From Octopus vulgaris (taxonomy: Eukaryota): DNA of 64,000 nt. Position numbers and translations under genes: made by a program. This document shows, one piece after another, positions 14,884 to 28,046 of the stretch. The stretch covers positions 94,302,001 through 94,366,000 of the forward strand of contig OX597819.1 of assembly GCA_951406725.2 (NCBI GenBank). Reading direction: 5' to 3'. Within the stretch, counting starts at the first letter, position 1. Each line of letters starts with the position of its first letter. The notes below the pieces were generated by a model. That model searched no databases and had not been told where the DNA came from. It saw nothing but the letters and a program-made list of their open reading frames with translations.

Positions 14884-15492
14884 TATTACTTAAATAATTT
14901 TGGTAGGTATGGGAGATAACTTTATACGTTTCAGTTTTGTTAGAAGTCCTCAGCAAATTCTAGGCATCATCATACATACCAAATTAGTGATAAGAGAATC
15001 ACTGAGTACATGTATAATACTGTAAGTGAATAAACATTAAAAATTAGCATATTTTAAAGAAAATTAATCACAGAGGTTAATTACTTGGATGGTATCTTTG
15101 AAGCTTAGCAAATTATTTTTTGAAATGTCATTATCAAGTGAGGATTTCCAGATTTTAGAAGTTTTATTTTACAATTTATGTATTTCAACTTGATATTTCC
15201 TGGTTAGCCAAAGAAGAATATTTAAGCCTCCAACATTTGAACGATGTCAGGCTGGACATACTGATTATATCAATTATATCAATTGCAATATTTAAAAACT
15301 AATGACAGTCTAATAAGTCAACAGATTTGATTGTGAAGATATTTTAGATTGGTGAATATGTTTCAATTTCCTCTTAGTTATGACATTTGTGATAGGGATT
15401 AATATAACTAATGATATTTAAGGTTGAGGTCCAGGTGTATAGTCTCAGTTACAATGTATTCAATAATTCAAGGATATTAATATAGATACAAC

Positions 15493-17169
15493 CAGTGCTG
15501 GATTAACCATAAAGCAAAATAAGCATGTGCTTAGAGCATCAAAGGAAATGGTAAATGATTTGTGGCTCAAAAGAAATCACTTTAAACTTGCTAAAATAAT
15601 ATTGAAAGTGGTTTATATGACTGGAAAAATAATTTCAAAGTGTTCACGGTACTACAGTGAGGATCTGATCAAAGAATCTGCTATTAAGAAAAGCCAGAGA
15701 AAACTTTTGAAATGTAAATAAACTTAGTCGTATATGAAAATAAGTTTTATTTTCCATCTTACTGTTAGTTCTGTTTCATTTTGAAAAATATGAATTTATT
15801 TTATGATATTGTTTATATTTTGGATTACATATATGGGGTTGGCAACTAAGTTCCCGCCAGTTTTTTAAATTTAAATTTTTTTAAAGGTTTAATAAAAAAA
15901 ATAACAACTAATTGATCAATAGTGTATATGTATTCACCCTTGTTGTTTACAACTTCTTCTCAACGTTCAACAAGATTTTCAATATCTCGTTGGTAGAAAT
16001 CACCCGATTTCGACTCGAAAAATTGATCCAACCAAGCTCTCAATTCTGCATCAGTATTGAACAAAACTCCGCGTATAGCATTTGAAAGAGATCAAAAGAA
16101 GTGGAAATCCATTGGTGCCAAATCAGGAGAGTACAGCAGGTGTGACAGCACTTCCCAGCCATGCATTTGAATGGCTTCCTTGGTCATATTGGAGATATGA
16201 GGGTGGGCATTGTCATGCAGTAGAAGAACTCCATGCTGCTGATTAGGTCTTTTCTCTTGAATAGCCATGTTGAGTTGTTCCATCCATTGAACATAGATTT
16301 CCACGTTGACTGTTTGGTTCCATTCAAGCAATTCGTAATGGATAATCGCTTCACACTCTCACATGGATGAAGATCTTGTTTTACGCGCAGTGTCACTTGT
16401 TTACCAGGGCTAAGCCATTCCTTACGCTGCTTCATATTGATGTACTGGCACCATTTTCCGTCGCCAGTAACGATTCAGTAAAAAAATCATTGCTTGGTCC
16501 ATGAGTTGAACAATAACGAGCAAGCAAACTAGCAGAGATTGTGGCTCATTGATTTTTGTTGTTGTCACTTAAAGCATGTGGAACCCATACTCCATACTTC
16601 TGAACCTTTCCCATTGAGTGAAGATGCTTCTCTATAGCAGTGTGAGAGCATTCCATTTTCTCTGCCAGTTCCCTTGTCGTTTGATGAGAATTTTCATGCA
16701 AAAGTTGGTTTAATCGCTCTTCATCAAAGAGGACAGCTAGAATGTGGTGCACCTTTGAGATCAAAATTTCCATTTTTGAACTCGGCATACCAATCATGAG
16801 AGGTTCGTTCAGCTATGGCAGCCTCTCTATACACAGCACAAATGTCGCGAGCAGCTTTTGCAGCCTTAGAACCTTGATTAAAAGCAAAAAGGAGGTTTTG
16901 AAAATGCTCGTTTTTCTTAACTTGGCATTCCATTTTAATGATCTGAAAATAAACAAAAATTAACTAAAATTAACTAGAAAAGAAAAAACAAAATAGATTC
17001 CAAAATGATTAAAAGAAAAGAATTCTTGAAAAAATAGATTACGAAATTTAAAAATGCAATAAATCCCAAAATTATAAAAAAACAGCAGGAACTTAGTTGC
17101 CAACCGAATAGATGGGGGCACCAAAATTTTTAAGTGCTTAGGGCCTCTCTGGGTCTTAACCTGGCCAAG
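15493..17169. mobile_element. hAT-like MITE (about 400 bp host) interrupted by a mariner
   Basis: Perfect 8-bp TSD GATACAAC at 15485-15492 and 17170-17177. Degenerate termini cagtgctggattaa / ttaacctggccaag. Confidence 0.8.
15834..17108 (-). mobile_element. Full-length (1275 bp) inactive mariner transposon, D,D34D
   Basis: TIRs (t)ggggttggcaactaagttcc / ggaacttagttgccaaccgaa with TA flanks. Frameshifted transposase pieces: MECQVKKNEHF..., WVPHAL, IVTGDGKW, LLHDNAHPH, then 34 aa to YSPDLAPMD. Confidence 0.95.
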
Positions 17170-17227
17170 GATACAACACCACCTTTCTGGATGCCAATTG
17201 CCCAAAACTTCTTATTATCTATGTTAA

Positions 17228-17447
17228 CCTTTTCGTTACTGTATTTATTTTGAGTTGCTCTGTGCTTCTTTCAATTACTTTAAATATAACGAAGAATTTA
17301 GTAAAATAACTTAGTTATCATTCAGCTAGTGTTAGGAACATAAATTGTGACTAAGGTTTGGTGGAAATTTTAGTTCAAAACTTTTGAAAACAAGACATTT
17401 GTACTACAGAGCCAGAGCTGGTTTCAGCCGGGTTGGTAACAAATGAG
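17228..17447. mobile_element. piggyBac-like MITE
   Basis: TTAA at 17224-27 and 17448-51; short TIR ccttttcgttac / gtaacaaatgag. Related degenerate copy at about 17523-17755. Confidence 0.6.
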
Positions 17448-19138
17448 TTAAATTATGAGCAGGTATTTCAAATTCCCATAGCTGTCAGACCAGTTTACTG
17501 TACATTACACAGTGCAGAATGAACCCTTTTGTTACCATTTTGCTGTTGAAATGCACTGTCTTTGCTTCACTTAATTTTGAAAATAATGGAGTATTTATTA
17601 AAATAACTTCATCTTTATTAAGCTGGTGTTTGGAACATAAATTTACATGAAATTTTGAAGGAAGGTTTTAATTGAGATAATTTTAAAGCAAGGAGTTTTT
17701 TTGATACCAACCTGCCTAAGAGAGGTCTTAAGCAGGTTGGAGTCACAAGAGTTAGTAAACTTGTATCATCATCATCATCATCATTTAGCATCTGTTGTCC
17801 ATGCTGGCATGAGTTGGATGGTTTGACCAGGGCTGGCAAGCTGAAAGGCTGCACCAGACTCCAGTCTGATTTGGCATGGTTTCAACAGCTGGATGCCCTT
17901 TCTAACACCAACCCCTCTGACACTGTAATGGGTGCTTTTATGTGCCACCAGTATGTTCTGACATTTCAATGCTACACTCTTAGAAGAAAATTCTGCAATT
18001 GAAAACTTAGATGAGCCCCAAATATTTTTTATATTTGAATGACATTATTAATAAGGAGACCAAGGTGGTAAGCAGGTAGAATTGTTAGCACACCAGGTAA
18101 AATGTTTAGCACCATTTTGTCCATCTTCATGTTCTGAATTCATATTCCACCAAGGTCAACTTTGCATTTCATCCTTTCGGGCTCCATGAAATAAATACGA
18201 GATGAGCACTAGAGTCAATGTAATCTACTTAACCCCTCTCCTGAAATTGCTGGCCTTGTGCCAAAATTTGAAATCTTTATTAATGAGGAAACTAAGGTGG
18301 CGAGCTGGCAGAATCATTCGCATGCTGGGCAAAATGCTTAATTTTTGTTTTGGTCATTGTGTATCGAAGGCTACAATATCAAATGGGCCTTTTTTATTTT
18401 ATAGTCATTTTTAATGTAATAAGAGCTTAATATGAAATTAAATGAATCAAATAAAGAAAATTATGAATGATGAAAGGAAACGATGCAATGAAATTCATCC
18501 ATCTTTACATTCTGAGTTCAAATTCTGCTGAAGTTGACTTTGCCTTTCATCATTTTGGGGTCAATAAATTAAGTACCAGTGAAACACTGAGGTCAATGTA
18601 ATCAACTTATCCCCTTCCTTGAAAATTGCTGGCCTTGTGCCTTTAATAGAAATGATTATTAATGAGGAGACTAAACAGCAAGATAACATATGCTTTCAGT
18701 TCATGCATAGCTAAAAGTAGGTGATGGATTAAATCTACTACACAAGAATTGAGAATGCAAAGAGCCAGAACAAATGTAACACGACATCTTATCCATTGCT
18801 TTAACATAATACCTCACAGTTGTTGCAGAATTATTGACCTTTACATAATTTATCTATGAATATATAATCTTTCATTCTTTTACTGGCTTTACTTATAGGA
18901 TTATGGCCATGCAGGAGCACCATCATCAACGATTTAGTTGATCATCATCTCAACCACAATATTTATTTCAGTCTGATACAGCTTTTATCAATTTCTGTTT
19001 GTTGAACTGTTAGTTTACAGGGCATAGAAGGTCACAACATAAACGACAAGTGTGAGCCATAAACAGACATGGACATACACACATAAACAACCTAACATAT
19101 ACAATCAAACACACACATACAACACATATATATGCTAA

Positions 19139-19503
19139 TACAGTTCTATATTTAACAGATGCGGAATTATGTACATTATTTACATTCAACGTATATTTGT
19201 CCTCATCTTGTTTGTTGTTAACACGTTTCGGCTGATATACCCTCCAGCCTTCTTCAGGTGTCTTGGGGAAATTTCGAGCCTGGGTTCTCATTCCTAAGGT
19301 ATTTTTCGATGTTATTATTATTATTATTATTATTGTTATTGTTGTTGTTGTTGTTCAGGTCACTGCTTGGAATCGAAGCTGGAATCTTGGGGTTAGTAGC
19401 CCACGCTCTTAACCACTATGCCCACAGGCATATGGCATAATGGTTAAGTGCGCGGGCTACTAACCCCAAGATTCCAACTTCGATTCCAAGCAGTGACCTG
19501 AAC

Positions 19504-19562
<59 letters not shown>

Positions 19563-19693
19563 CATTGAACAATACCTTAGGAATGAGAACCCAGGTTCAA
19601 AATTTCCCCAAGACACCTGAAGAAGACTGGAGGGTATATCGGCTGAAACGGAGACAAATATCTGTCGAATGTAAATAATGTAAATAATGTACA
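19139..19693. mobile_element. Palindromic element of two head-to-head units: tRNA-like head + (AAT)n + minimal hammerhead (Penelope-like architecture), copy 1
   Basis: Arms are inverted about 19421-19428. Each arm has box A (TGGCATAATGG 19433-43), a box B-like TTCGATTCC, (AAT)n, then gacac-CTGAAGA-a-stem II-GAAAC at 19220-19262 (-) and 19612-19650 (+). Only the left arm has the extra terminal tail. Confidence 0.8.
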
Positions 19694-20053
19694 TATATAT
19701 GCTTCTTCTCCTTTTTGATTTCTTACGTGACACATAAGGTTTCCACTCTCTCTCACAAGGCTACCCTTTTGATGTCTATGGTTCATAAATGGTCATTCAC
19801 CCACTGCCCTGCCTCTCTATCTCATCGTTTTTTTTTCTCTGTGTCCTTGGGTCTTCTGGAGATTCCTCTTTCCTTCAGGGGCCTATATCATAGTTGTCAT
19901 TGAATTGACAAGTGATATAATCAGCCCTGAGCTTCTTTTTAGCTTTCACACAACCACATCATGCTGCCTGCTCTTTCCAGGTTAGGAACCATTGCCTCTC
20001 CAAGGTGTTGTGGATTCTTCTGAATGCTTGAAGTTTCCACAGTCATATATGTA

Positions 20054-20926
20054 CAAGGTGCAGTGAATATATTGTCGTCTAAAATTACACAAAAATGAAA
20101 ATAACACTGACATTTCATTTTAAAAGATGTATTTACCAAAATTAAATAAAAATATCTTGAAATACTAAAGAGTAAATTCAGTCAATAAAATCACCACTCA
20201 ATTCAACCACAGCCTCCAGACAACTTTGGAATCTTCTGCAACTCTTCTGGATGGTCTCCTTGTTTAAGTTGGTGAATGCAGCCATAATCCTTGCCTTCAG
20301 TTCCTCTTTAGTGTTACAAGGAATTTTGTTGGTCTCTTGCTCAACTATGCCCCACACATAATAATCAAGAGGGTTACAATCTGGGGAGTTAGGTGGCCAG
20401 ATGTTAGGGGTGATGTCATCACAGATATTATCTGACAGCCATGACTGGATTCTCCTGCTTGTGTGGCATGGTGCAGAGTCCTGTTGCCAGAAATAGGGTC
20501 TTCCAGCAGCCACCCTCTTGACCCATGGCAGCACTACCTCCTCCAAGCACTTGATGTAGGCCTCCATGTCAAGTCTGAGGCTGTGTGGGAAGATGAATGG
20601 AGACATAACATCGCCATCACGAGTGATCACTCCAAAAACCATGGTGTTGACTGGGTGTTTGATTTTTATCACTCTCAGTACATGTCCTCAGATTGACACC
20701 CAAGCACTCTGAAATGTTCATATTGGAGCTTCCAGCATAAATACAAAGCAGTACAGCATGTTGCTTCCAAATTTCTGCCAAAATGAATTGCATCATGGTA
20801 TGGTGCTGTTTTTCTCAGACAGTGCCCAACTGACCCCACTATACTGTGTAGTAAACAAAATCAAAAGCAATGTGCATGTGCGAAATTAAAAATGTAAAAT
20901 GGCAACAATTTACCCATTGTACCCTG
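20054..20926 (-). mobile_element. Internally deleted maT (DD37D) Tc1/mariner transposon
   Basis: ORF 20178-20672 has WQQDSAPCH then 37 aa to WPPNSPDCNPLDY. Degenerate TIRs caaggtgcagtg / cattgtaccctg with TA flanks. Confidence 0.9.
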
Positions 20927-21109
20927 TATATACACCATGATAGATCATAAGCCACTATACACATTTTTTCTCTCCTTGTTTTTTCTGTGTCCCTTTCTGT
21001 AGAAGAGGGTAGGCTCGAAACGTTAAAGACTTTTTCTTTTCCTGAGCATTATACTAATACATCTGTTTGTTTTGTACACCACCTGTCTTCATCTTTTGTT
21101 TTTTTTGTA

Positions 21110-21144
<35 letters not shown>

Positions 21145-21154
21145 CATATATGTA

Positions 21155-21220
<66 letters not shown>

Positions 21221-21643
21221 CGTATGTATATATATATATATTAGCATGCCGGATGACATGCTTAGCAATATTTTGTCTGTATTTACGTTCTGAGTTCAAA
21301 TTCTGCTGAGGTCAACTTTGCCTTTCATCCTTTCGGGGCCGATAAATTAAATACCAGTTGCGTACTGGGGTCAATCCAATTGACTGGCCCTCTCCCCCAA
21401 AATTTCAGGCCTTTAGGTATTGCGATACTAATAACATCACAAAGCAGGGTAACTGATCTCTATGACTCCCTACTTTTTCTTGTCTGTCCCAAGCAATAAT
21501 ATCCAGCTGGTAATGTTTGCATTTGGTAGACGTCTTGATTTATGTATGTATGTATGTATGTATGTATGTAGCATATATGTATGTATTTGTGTGTTTGTGT
21601 GTGTGTGTATGTGTGTGTGTGTACATATGCATAACTGTTTTTC

Positions 21644-21793
21644 GTATACATTATTTACATTTGACGGATATTTGTCCTCATCTTGTTTGTTGTTAACACT
21701 TTTCAGCTGATATACCTTCCAGCATTCATCAGGTGTCTTGGGAAAATTTCAAACCTAAGGTATTTTTCGATGTTATTATTATTATTATTATTG

Positions 21794-21839
<46 letters not shown>

Positions 21840-21937
21840 CGTTATTATTATTACCATCATCATTATTATTCATATGTCATAGTGGTTAAGAGCACGGGCT
21901 ACTAACCCTAAGATTCTGAGTTTGATTCCAAGCAGTG

Positions 21938-21983
<46 letters not shown>

Positions 21984-22172
21984 CAACATCGAAAAATACC
22001 TCAGGAATGAGAACCCAGGTTCAAAATTTCCCCAAGACACCTGAAGAAAGCTGGAGGGTATATCAGCTGAAACATTGTATTAACAGGAAACAAGATGAGG
22101 ACAAATATACATCAAGTCTAAATAATGTAAATAATGTACACAATTCCTCATATTTAAGACTATAGAACTGTA
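21644..22172. mobile_element. Palindromic tRNA-head + hammerhead element, copy 2 (opposite overall orientation)
   Basis: Same family as 19139-19693. Hammerhead motifs at 21695-21737 (-, CTGATGA) and 22036-22081 (+, CTGAAGA). Terminal tail tatagaactgta is on the right arm; the left arm has lost its head. Confidence 0.8.
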
Positions 22173-23996
22173 TTTCTTTTATATAATTATATTTCATCAT
22201 ACCGCCACTCTATCTTGTCCCTACACCCCCTCCCACCACCACCACTACCATCACCTTTGGATAAACAACTTTGAGAAAGTTTTATTTTGTTATTTTTTTA
22301 TTATTTTGTTCATTTTATCTGTTTTATTTCTTTTACCTTGACTTTTATTATTTCAGAAATATCAAAAACTTCCCTTGTTTTTTAATCCATTTGTCAATAA
22401 TCGTTTTCAGTGCATTTTTTTTTCCTCGTGCTTATACTCTGAGTTATTTGAAAATAAAGAGTTGAGTTGCAACTGTAGGGATTTTTTTTTTCCTTTTCTT
22501 GGCAGGGATTTCATACTTCTGTGGGGGGGGGGGCGGGGTTTGTCTGTCTGTGTGTATGTGCATACATCTTAAATTTTCCAAAGTCAGGAAATGGAAAAGA
22601 GGATAGTTCCTTCTTTGTTGAAGATCTCTTTATGTATAAAGCCTGGCTCCAGTCATACCACAGTTTTTTATCTCTTTTTGGTCCCCCCCCCCTCACCTCC
22701 CTGTTTATAGAATTATTGATTCTCAGTGTTTACATGAAACTATCAAAATAAAAATGTTGGTGTTTGCTGTTAGTTTGATGATGACGATGATGATGATGAG
22801 GAGGAGGAGGAGGAGGAGGGGAGGAGGAGGAGGGGAGGAGGAGGATAGAGTTATTGTTGGCGGTGGTGGTGGTGGTGGTGGTGGTGGCAGTAGTAGTTTG
22901 GCCCCAAATCAGTCAGCAAATGTACAATCTTTAAGGCACTCTGGTTGTGACCATTCCATCAGGGTTTTCTTATTTTATTTTTTTTATTTTCTGTACAGGA
23001 GGGAACCCAGAACTACATCACCCAATGCATCTTTTGCTAAGATAGTGGGATATGATTTGAGGGTGGTTTGACTATTATTTCTAGCACATCAAATAAAACA
23101 TGTAGAGGCACCATCATTAACCCCAAAACGTTGCTGCTGCTGCTGCTGGTACTATTAATACTGCTGTTGTTTGTTTTAATTGCTGGTGATTTATTAACCA
23201 TAGGTTAACTCTGATTGGGCAGGCTAATATGATCAAAGTCATTCTGGGCATAGCCATTCCATCTTGTTGAAGATATTCAGGGCTATATTAAACTATTGTA
23301 AGTACTGTCTTTATTTAAGACAGTGGGGTGTAAGTTGAAGGAGATTTAGCTACATTATCTAGCAAGTCGAATGACCATATAGAGGCCCTCTCATTGGCAT
23401 GTAGTAGTATAGCAGCAGTTGATAGTTAATATTGTTTCACTTCCAAATCACTTCCTGAACCAACAAACCCATGATCAAAAAACACTCCAGCCATGACCAC
23501 ATCAGCATTTTGTATAACAGGGATTACATTATCCAACATGTCTTTCCTTTTTCCATAGCAGTAGAGAGTAATTTGAGGAGCATTTAGCAACTATTTTTAG
23601 CAGGGTGAGTGATCAGTAAGAGATTTTCGTGTCAGCCCATTGTTGGCAGTGGTGATGCTGATGGTTGGTGTTTGACCCCAGGTCATCCCAGATTGAGCAG
23701 AACTATAATCAGAAACATTCCAACTGTGACCATCCTACCTCATGAGCTAGGACTTCATTATCTGATACGTTGTTTCCTGAGATAGTGGGGTGTGATTTGA
23801 GGCAGAGCTGTGAGGTTAAAAAGCTCCCTTTGCAACCATGTGGTCTCAAGTTCAATCTCACAGTGTGGCACACTGAGAGAGTGTTTTCTATTATGGCCCT
23901 AGATTAGCCAGTGTCTTATGTGTGAATTTGCTTGATGAAAACTATGTGGAAACCCAACATATGTACGTGTGTCTGTTTGTGTGTGTGTGTGTGTGC

Positions 23997-24033
<37 letters not shown>

Positions 24034-25356
24034 TATGTTTGTTCCCTACCATCATCACTTGACAACCAGTGCTGGTTTGTTTACAACCCTAAGACTTATC
24101 AGTTTGGCAAAAGAGACTAATGCAATAAGTACCAGACTTAAAAAATAAGTTACAGGGGTCAATTTTTTTGACTAAATGTATCAAGGCAGTGCTCCAGCAT
24201 GACCACAGTCCATTGACTGAAACCAGTGAAGTTCGCTGCCCTAATCACTGAGCCATTGCACCTCCACCGTTATTGTGGTTGTCATCATTGTTGTATTGGT
24301 CATTTATATATACTGATATTTTCTCAGTTACTTTTGTTGGTAGTAGTGGCATTAGTGGTGGTAATGGTGGTGCTGGTGTTGGTAGCAATAATGGTGATGG
24401 GATTATTTTTTTATTTTTTGTAAGCATTATTTTTTTATATATATAACTGTTGTTGTTCTTGTTCTTTTTGTTCTTGTTGTTGCTGCTGTTGTTTGTCTCT
24501 CTCTCAGTTATATCTACTTGTTAAGAATTTGGCTGCTGGCTTAGAAATTTTTCAGATTTTCTTGCTCACTTCGCTCAATGGATCAGTCTAATGATTTTTA
24601 AAAGAAATACAAGAGGAACATGATGAATGAAGAAAATAAATAAACAAGTAAACAAACAAACAAATAAATAAATAAAATGAAAATCTTTTAAAAAGCGAGA
24701 AACCAAATTGATAAAGTATTAAGATGCATTTTAGCTACAAAGTCCTACTTCTTAGATATCTGTCTTGCTGTTGTCAGAGTATCTTCCAAGCATTTTATTA
24801 TATTTTTAGTAAAAGAAAACCTACCTTTCATAGAATTTTCCAGATATGCCATTATCTTTTACCAATCCTGTTTTGCCTTTCCAATGTTATAATTCTTGTG
24901 TAATTTCTTTAACTTCTGATCATTTCTTAAGTTTTTATTTCACAAAATATATTATCTTATCACTACTTGAAATATTTTATATTTAAAAAGAAATTAAAAA
25001 CAAAGAAAGAAAGAAATTATACACTCCAACACTAAGTTCCTTAAAGCAATTTTGATGTTAAAAGTTGTAAAAATAACAAAAAATAAACAAGTTATCCTAC
25101 AGAAATATCATTTGTAAGCTTTTAAGTTCTAAATGCAAAGTGAAAATAGATAAATGACTTGATTTGTGCTTGTTTGACCTTTCCTTGTTGAAATTTTCTA
25201 AAAAAAAGCAGTCATATTTAACCATATTGTCAAACAAAGTCAATATGTACACTATACAGATAGTAAAACATTCATATATGAATGTGTTCAAATACTGTAG
25301 TGTAAAGGATATAAATTCCTTGGATTTAATGTAAGAACCAGTTAGTAAAATATATA

Positions 25357-25926
25357 TGAGAAAGCACTGAAAAGTTTCTGGCTTTGGGTAAAAGGAAATA
25401 CATGAGGATCAGTTGATTATGATTTTATTCAACATATTCCACCTATTCATTGGACACTAAACTTTGCTTGCGAAGACCTGTTGAGGCAAGTGAAATTGAA
25501 CTCGAAATCAAATTCGATGACTGGCATCCATGCTAGTGGAGTGCTAAGAGCACCATCCGAGCATGACTGCTGCCAGAGCAGCTAACTGGTTTCTGTGCCG
25601 GTGGCATGTAAAAAGCACCAGTCGAGCATGATCGTTACCAGCATCGCCTTACTGGCACGTGAAAAAACATTCAAGCGAGGTTGTTGCCAGTGCCACTGGA
25701 CTAGCTCCTGTGCAGGTGGCACATAAAAAACACAATTTGAGCATGGCCATTGCCAGTACTGCCTGACTAGCCCTCATGCCGGTGGCACATAAAAGCACCC
25801 ACTACACTCGCGGAGTGGTTGGCATTAGGAAGAGCATCCAGCTGTAGGGCCTGGTGCAGCCATCTGGTTCGCCAGTCCTCAGTCAAATCGTCCAATTCAT
25901 GCTAGCACTGAAAGCGGATGTTAAAC

Positions 25927-25957
<31 letters not shown>

Positions 25958-26082
25958 CACCTCTCAGATTATTGCAGTGGTCCTTCAGTTTTTCTAAGCC
26001 CTGTAAAAGAACTCAGAAGGTTGAATCTCCAGCCAAGCTTTTGCAATACTCTTCAAGCCAGATATTTATCAGCACACCCTCG
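25357..26082. mobile_element. Mariner-type MITE interrupted by a (GAT)n-tailed retroelement (about 25445-25955)
   Basis: Degenerate TIRs tgagaaagcactgaaaagtttctggctt / aagccagatatttatcagcacaccctcg. Confidence 0.55.
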
Positions 26083-26367
26083 TCAATAAGCATAGATCCA
26101 AGTACTGTGATGAAAAGGGGATAAGCTCCTTGGATTAATAGCACAAGGACCAGATAGTAAAACATTCAGAGAGGAATAAATTAAAAGCTCCTTAGATTAA
26201 CTGTGCAAGAACCATTTTAGGTGATAGGTTTACTCTCAGGTGATACACTTATTCTGCCACCTGGTTTAATAGCACCAGTTGGGTACCTTTAGCCAAGAAG
26301 TCCACTTTCTTGCAACCATTCAGTCCAGTTCTTCAGTTTAATAACACCTCCCTCTCTCCTTCCCCTC

Positions 26368-26429
<62 letters not shown>

Positions 26430-26432
<3 letters not shown>

Positions 26433-26735
26433 ACTATTTGCCAACATAATGCGGCAGTCCTAGAACAGGAATTCAGCAGCGCCATCTAGCTGAACAGATA
26501 CTCAGTGCTGATAAGGAGCAATAACCCAGAAACTGGTCCACATATGCTGCTTTCTGCTGGATGGGAGTGGTAAGCTCCCCTGTTTGAGATATTGTGTCAT
26601 ATAGCCAGCTGGAAACGATGTTTTCTGGGGCTAAACAACAGTAATATTCGTCCCATCTAGGACTGCCACATTATATCTTTACTTTAAAGTACTGTTACTG
26701 AATATCTCTCTTTGAGAGATTTAGAAATAATAAAT
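26430..26735 (+). mobile_element. Small PLE-like remnant with decayed hammerhead, within (TA)n
   Basis: gtg-CTGATAA-..-GAAACtgGTC-cac at 26505-26541, flanked by the inverted repeat ataatgcggcagtcctaga / tctaggactgccacattat. Confidence 0.45.
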
Positions 26736-26757
26736 TTTATATATGTATGTATGTATG

Positions 26758-26793
<36 letters not shown>

Positions 26794-26933
26794 CATATAT
26801 ATATACATATATATATATGCATGTATATATATATATATATATATATAAAACATATATATACATATATATATACATATATATACATATATATATACATATA
26901 TATATATATACATATATACATATATATATATAC

Positions 26934-27002
<69 letters not shown>

Positions 27003-27169
27003 TATATATACACATACATGATACAAGTAAATAGACTCACTTATAATCATTAAAATTCATTTAAATTTGAAATTATATATTGAAATTATTTGTTAATTGT
27101 TATAGTGTGACTATTTAGCATTTAGTGGACATGCCCTAAATGCTAAAAATGTAAAGCATAAATGTTGAC

Positions 27170-27560
27170 TCATTCATAATCAGATATGATCGCATTTTTC
27201 AATGTGAGGACCCTGTTAGCCATGCTACTGATCAGATGACAAATATTCTCTTGCAGAATTTCTTGCCACATTCCATGCAGTAATCTCAGAAGATCTGGCT
27301 TGGAAAATGCTTTCTTGTTCTTTTCATGAAGTTTCTTGTCCATTATTCTCCAGATGTGTTCAATAGGGTTCATATCTGGTTACTGGCTTTGACATGCAAG
27401 CTTTTTAATGCCATTCTCATCCAACAAATCTTGGGTCATTTTAGCCATGTGACAAGGAACACCATCTTCCATAAATAAAGTCTTCTTTAATCATTTCACC
27501 ACTGGAGAAGATTGGAAAGAGTCCTTTCTGCAATATGGACACATATTTATCTGAGTTTAT
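27170..27560 (-). mobile_element. Tc1 (DD34E) transposase fragment
   Basis: Minus translation FMEDGVPCH, 34 aa, then Q*PDMNPIEHIW; contains an in-frame stop. Confidence 0.85.
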
Positions 27561-27974
27561 GTTTCCATCACACTCCATCAGCTTTGATTGACCATTGCTT
27601 CAGATTGCTCCCCAGACCATCACAGAATAGCTGCAGAGTTTTATCGTTGGTTGCAATCTTTTCACATCAAATTCTTGATCACAGTGTCTCCAGACAGTCC
27701 AGAAATACAGCAAACAGAAAACAAAGAGACAAGATGAAACTAGTAAAAAATTACTGGATAATTTTAGATCCCGGATTTCTGGCTTTGCATTTAGTAATGC
27801 TTTGCCTCGTCAGTAGAATACACACAGAAGAGAAACATAAATACATATATATATATAAGCACAACATACGAATACTTGCATATACGAATGTATACCCACA
27901 TATATATGCAAATATGCATCATGGCCAGTTCAATTCGTTATTTTATTTTTAAATTAACGATCTTATCCTTATTT

Positions 27975-28046
<72 letters not shown>

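Noticed and set aside
24508-24625. Strong-looking acceptor ctctcAG followed by short open frames
   Set aside because: The phase-1 frame stops after three codons; there is no Cav3 similarity and no good donor.
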